64,000 nucleotides of DNA, from positions 129,798-193,797 of the forward strand of contig CAXGAI010000001.1 of NCBI GenBank assembly GCA_964007735.1, read 5' to 3'. This stretch comes from an uncultured Rhodopirellula sp. (GTDB taxonomy: Bacteria; Planctomycetota; Planctomycetia; Pirellulales; Pirellulaceae). Of the stretch, positions 60,186 to 64,000 are shown piece after piece. The notes under the pieces were generated by a model. It was not told where the DNA came from. It saw only the letters and a list, made by a program, of their open reading frames with translations, and searched no databases. The stretch's first letter is position 1. The number at the start of each line of letters is the position of its first letter. Position numbers and translations under genes: made by a program.

Positions 60186-61481
60186 ATGGCTCACCAAAAT
60201 CGCCTCATCGTTTATGCTTATGCGTTGGCGATCGTAATCTTTGGGGCAGTCATTGGATGGCTATTACGTAATTCAGGAACCCCGGATTTCTATCAGGCCC
60301 CCGTCGTTTCCGGTAGCATGGGACAATCAATTCCAGGACCGCATTATGCTTTGCACTGTTACGACTGTAAGATCCCACTGATCGTCGACGCTGAGACAGT
60401 CGGTGATGAGAACCTTCCGATTTGTTTCAATTGTGGGGCGTCCAACTCACTGGAAGATATTTCGGCACAGATTAATCGGGTGTCCTATGAAGACGTTGAT
60501 GAAGCCTTTTTCACTCGGTGGCAGCGCGTAGTATTTGATTACCAGGATTCGCGTTACATAAAACGAATTGTAGGACTGCCCGGAGAGAAGATTGCCATCG
60601 AAAATGGTGAGCTTTTTGTTGATGGTGAACTGTATCAGAAGGACTTGCAAGAATTTGATCAGTTAAGCTCAGTCGTGTTTGATAGTCGCTTTCAACCACA
60701 TGACTCGTCTTACAATTTGCTTCAGCGCTTTGGTGTGAGAGGTGATGAGCAAGGATGGATTTACACAGCGGACAATGTATTTGCTTTTGACGCACCAGTA
60801 AAAACACATCCGCAATGGCTTGATTATTATCACTGGAATGTTGTTGCCGGATTTGTTCCTCCGCTTGAACGGGGTACATCGACAGCTATTTTTGACTATC
60901 TACCTTACAATCAGTTTATTTCACGATCGCGACTCAACTTCGTCGATGACTTTGTGCTCGACATTTCATTAAAGATTTATGAGCCGGGGGTAGTGGGATT
61001 ACGGTTGTTAAATGTCGAGTTGGAATTGGACTTCAAGCGATTTGAATTGCGGCGGCAAGCCGAAACCGGTTCAGGTAAAGTCCGTCTCGCTAAGACGAAA
61101 TGGGATGATAAAGGGACGGAGGTGAAGTTTCGTATTGGTCTTGTAGACGGGCTGTTGATCGTGGCGAACAACAATGTCTATGACAAATCTGGATTTAAAC
61201 GGCTGAAATTATCAGGGGATTACGATGTAGATTTGGCCGCACGTCTAAATCCAATTTCGATCTCCGCGGATGAAGGGGTTTTAGATATCACCCATTTGAG
61301 AATAGCCAGGGATATTTATTGGCTGGGAGCGGATTATACAGCTAATCGCTGGGAGACGGAACTTACGGAAGCGAATCCTGCTTTCCTGCTGATTGGTGAT
61401 AATCAACCCGTTTCCCGGGACTGCCGGCAGTGGGGTGAAGCAATCCCGGAAGATGCCATCGTAGGTATTGTGTCTGATTAG
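60186..61481 (+). CDS. lepB: Signal peptidase I (S26) paralog with zinc-ribbon insert
   Basis: VSGSM (Ser), YIKRIVGLPGE (Lys), IGDNQPVSRDCR; CYDC…CFNC insert. Confidence 0.8.
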   Translation: MAHQNRLIVYAYALAIVIFGAVIGWLLRNSGTPDFYQAPVVSGSMGQSIPGPHYALHCYDCKIPLIVDAETVGDENLPICFNCGASNSLEDISAQINRVSYEDVDEAFFTRWQRVVFDYQDSRYIKRIVGLPGEKIAIENGELFVDGELYQKDLQEFDQLSSVVFDSRFQPHDSSYNLLQRFGVRGDEQGWIYTADNVFAFDAPVKTHPQWLDYYHWNVVAGFVPPLERGTSTAIFDYLPYNQFISRSRLNFVDDFVLDISLKIYEPGVVGLRLLNVELELDFKRFELRRQAETGSGKVRLAKTKWDDKGTEVKFRIGLVDGLLIVANNNVYDKSGFKRLKLSGDYDVDLAARLNPISISADEGVLDITHLRIARDIYWLGADYTANRWETELTEANPAFLLIGDNQPVSRDCRQWGEAIPEDAIVGIVSD

Positions 61482-61614
61482 CAATTTTACCGGTTTGTTG
61501 CGAACAAACAGTGGTTCCGCCCCCTATCTGTTCTCAGGTATAGTATTAGATACTAGAGAAGATTCTTCACGTATCCGATGCACTGGGAACAATACTGGCC
61601 GGTTAGAAAGAACG

Positions 61615-63717
61615 ATGAAAAACCAAGTTGAAACAGAGTTAGAAGTCGACGGTTTCGTGATGTATGCTCGCGATTTGCTGGAAGGTTTTGCGATAGCGAT
61701 AATCCTTGCATTCATTTTTCGCGGCTTTGTCGTTGAAGCGTTTATCATTCCCACAGGTTCGATGGCTCATGGCTTACAGGGGACTCATATCGAGCATGAC
61801 TGTCATATCTGTAATTACAGATATCGAGCAGGAGCAAGTGAAGAGAATGACGGCAGAGATGAAGTTGTTGCGACTGTTTGTCCGATGTGTGGCTTCACCG
61901 AGGTGCTGGACAAGGGAATACACTCGAAGAATGCAGGTTCCGGTGACCGAATCTTGGTGAACAAGTTTGCGTATATGTTCAAGGAACCTGATCGTTGGGA
62001 TGTGATTGTCTTCAAGAATCCAACAAAAGCTACAGAGAACTACATTAAGCGATTAGTTGGGTTGCCGAATGAAAAGGTGCTGATTTCCAACGGCGATATC
62101 TATACCAAGCCACTTACTAATACCAATGCGGTTTATGAAATCCAGCGAAAATCTGAACGTAAACAACTCGCTATGATGCAATTGGTGCACGATACTCAGT
62201 ATCGTCCCGTGATTCTTGATGAATTGATGTGGCCTCAGCCCTGGAGAATGGTTGGCTCCTATGCCAATGGATACCGCCCACCGCCGGAAGAGGGGACTCC
62301 GGGAAACTGGCAGCCTTCTATTCAAGGCTTCAGATATTCAATTGACGGGACGAATAAGGAGAAGGTTGGTATTCGTTACCACCACAATATTCCAGACCAG
62401 TCTATTTGGCTCATTTACAATCAGTTGCGAATTGATTTGGAAGCAGCCGAAGCCGCAGGTCGACAGGAAGAAGTTGACTGGAAGCGTGAACAGATGAAAA
62501 TTATATTCTGGCCTTATCCAAAATTGATAACAGATGTTTATGCTTACAATACGACCATTACGAGAAGTATGGTGGAGAGTATAGATGGCGATAAGGTTTT
62601 CTTACCCCCGTTCATGGAAAACCAAGTTAGCGAGGGAGCGGAGTCGGACTTATCGGGACTGGGTTTCTCGCTGGATGACAGGCAGGAATACATTTCTAAG
62701 TTTCGTGAGTTGATGCAAGGTGATCAAATCGTTGCGAGATCTGTTATAGATGAGTTAACACGATTATTTCGGGTTGGTTGGCCGGGCAGCTCGACGCGCG
62801 GACAATACTGGGTTGCTGACCTGGCTGTCGAATTTGACGTTACCATTGAAAGCGACAGTGGAAAGCTTGGGTTTGATATCGTTGAATCTGGAGTTCATTA
62901 CGAAGGTGAAATTGATGTTGCGACAGGTAAGTTAGTCTTGTCGATTGACGGCGGTGGTTATTTTAGCTCCGCAAAAACGGCTGAAACACCTCGCTATGAA
63001 GGCGCGACAGTGGAGGGCCAGACAGAGATCAGAGGTAAAGGCTCGCACGTTATTCGATATAGTAATTTTGATAATGAATTGCGAGTGTGGGTCGATGGTC
63101 ATTTGATAGAGCTAAACCACCCGGCAACGTATCTTACAGAGCAGAATCTGGGACCTAAGTGGTCTGAAGAAGATCCCGGGGATCTTCTGCCTGTTGGTCT
63201 GCACTCGACCGAGCTTGCTGTGACTCTTACGAATGCACGGGTGTTTCGTGATGTTTACTATATTGCATCTGATAATAGTAGTATTGTAGGCGGGGAATAC
63301 AAAGAAAGCCTGATTTCAAATTCTGATGAAACGCGGGCATTTATTCAAAGGTATCGAGAGCATGTTGGAGTTGTTGACAGACTTTGGTTGGAACCCGGGA
63401 TCCGAGTTCCAAACCAGAACGTTGTTCAGCTTCATTTGAATCTGTTTCCCGCTTGGAATGACTCATCATTTTTCACAGATCGGGAACAACTCACCTTTAA
63501 TGTAATGGAGGATGAATTCTTCCCGATGGGGGATAATAGCCCTGCTAGCGCTGATGCCAGATGGTTCAAATGGAAAAACGAGCTTGGTAAAAATACATTT
63601 AATCGAAAGTTATTTATTGGTGAGGCATTGCTGATCTATTGGCCTCGTGGACAAGGTGACCCCGTCCTGGACTGGCCGCTCATACCGAACTTTCCAAGAA
63701 TCGGTGTAATACAGTAA
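61615..63717 (+). CDS. lepB: Large signal peptidase I (S26) with zinc ribbon and big insertion
   Basis: EAFIIPTGSM, GDRILVNK, RWDVIVFK, NYIKRLVGLP, MGDNSPASADAR; CHIC…CPMC; likely start 61615. Confidence 0.9.
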   Translation: MKNQVETELEVDGFVMYARDLLEGFAIAIILAFIFRGFVVEAFIIPTGSMAHGLQGTHIEHDCHICNYRYRAGASEENDGRDEVVATVCPMCGFTEVLDKGIHSKNAGSGDRILVNKFAYMFKEPDRWDVIVFKNPTKATENYIKRLVGLPNEKVLISNGDIYTKPLTNTNAVYEIQRKSERKQLAMMQLVHDTQYRPVILDELMWPQPWRMVGSYANGYRPPPEEGTPGNWQPSIQGFRYSIDGTNKEKVGIRYHHNIPDQSIWLIYNQLRIDLEAAEAAGRQEEVDWKREQMKIIFWPYPKLITDVYAYNTTITRSMVESIDGDKVFLPPFMENQVSEGAESDLSGLGFSLDDRQEYISKFRELMQGDQIVARSVIDELTRLFRVGWPGSSTRGQYWVADLAVEFDVTIESDSGKLGFDIVESGVHYEGEIDVATGKLVLSIDGGGYFSSAKTAETPRYEGATVEGQTEIRGKGSHVIRYSNFDNELRVWVDGHLIELNHPATYLTEQNLGPKWSEEDPGDLLPVGLHSTELAVTLTNARVFRDVYYIASDNSSIVGGEYKESLISNSDETRAFIQRYREHVGVVDRLWLEPGIRVPNQNVVQLHLNLFPAWNDSSFFTDREQLTFNVMEDEFFPMGDNSPASADARWFKWKNELGKNTFNRKLFIGEALLIYWPRGQGDPVLDWPLIPNFPRIGVIQ

Positions 63718-63773
63718 GATAAACGCCGTAGTGAATCAGCCCAATTAAAGCGAGTATTGCGAGTAGCGACAGG

Positions 63774-64000
63774 ATGTCGATTCTTGAAGTCAATGGTTTG
63801 GTTAAATCCTTCGGCCGTAAACTGGTCGTAAATAAAGTTAGCTTCTCAGTGGAAGCTGGTGAAATTGTAGGGTTGTTGGGCCCTAACGGTGCTGGAAAGA
63901 CTACGACTTTTAAGATGACTTGCGGTATGGAACGTCCTGATGAAGGAACGGTGGCCCTCCACGATCAGGATGTTACCAATTGGCCCATGTTTCGCCGTGC
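63774..64000 (+). CDS. lptB: LPS export ABC transporter ATPase LptB, 3'-truncated by window edge
   Basis: My translation: [51 protein letters not shown]…[10 protein letters not shown]. Confidence 0.85.
   Translation, partial: MSILEVNGLVKSFGRKLVVNKVSFSVEAGEIVGLLGPNGAGKTTTFKMTCGMERPDEGTVALHDQDVTNWPMFRR

Noticed and set aside
1..64000. CRISPR arrays, IS/transposases, integrases, prophage, rRNA
   Set aside because: No regularly spaced repeats or matching protein or RNA motifs seen

Overview
Gene-dense bacterial window, most likely from a Planctomycete (Pirellulales-like). This is inferred from two DUF1549/DUF1553 + DUF1501 pairs, Zn-ribbon-bearing signal peptidases and a kinase-linked ECF sigma operon. 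Housekeeping genes include hisF, rsmE, trkA/trkH, folC, lepA, two lepB paralogs and a partial lptB. I see no mobile elements, CRISPR arrays, rRNA or convincing tRNA. The strongest non-annotated signal is a hidden selenoprotein. ORFs 7566-7790 and 7818-8717 are one reading frame interrupted only by an in-frame TGA in a deiodinase-like FGCLT-U-PPF (CxxU) motif, followed by a bacterial SECIS-type hairpin. The product would be an exported thioredoxin-fold protein fused to a DsbD-N-like domain. Other highlights: (1) a WYL regulator divergent from an uncharacterised asparagine-synthase-like + RaSEA-like radical SAM + flavin halogenase-like operon; (2) an ECF sigma/Ser-Thr kinase/FHA/PspA-like operon containing an SD-sequestering RNA structure; (3) a probable unannotated 6S RNA; (4) a GT2 + BshC-like + GNAT cluster; (5) a PncC-NadD-like fusion; (6) a TrkH with a ~110 aa insertion; (7) a mini-ORF that looks like an internal-deletion scar. 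All family assignments come from motif recognition by eye, not from database searches.
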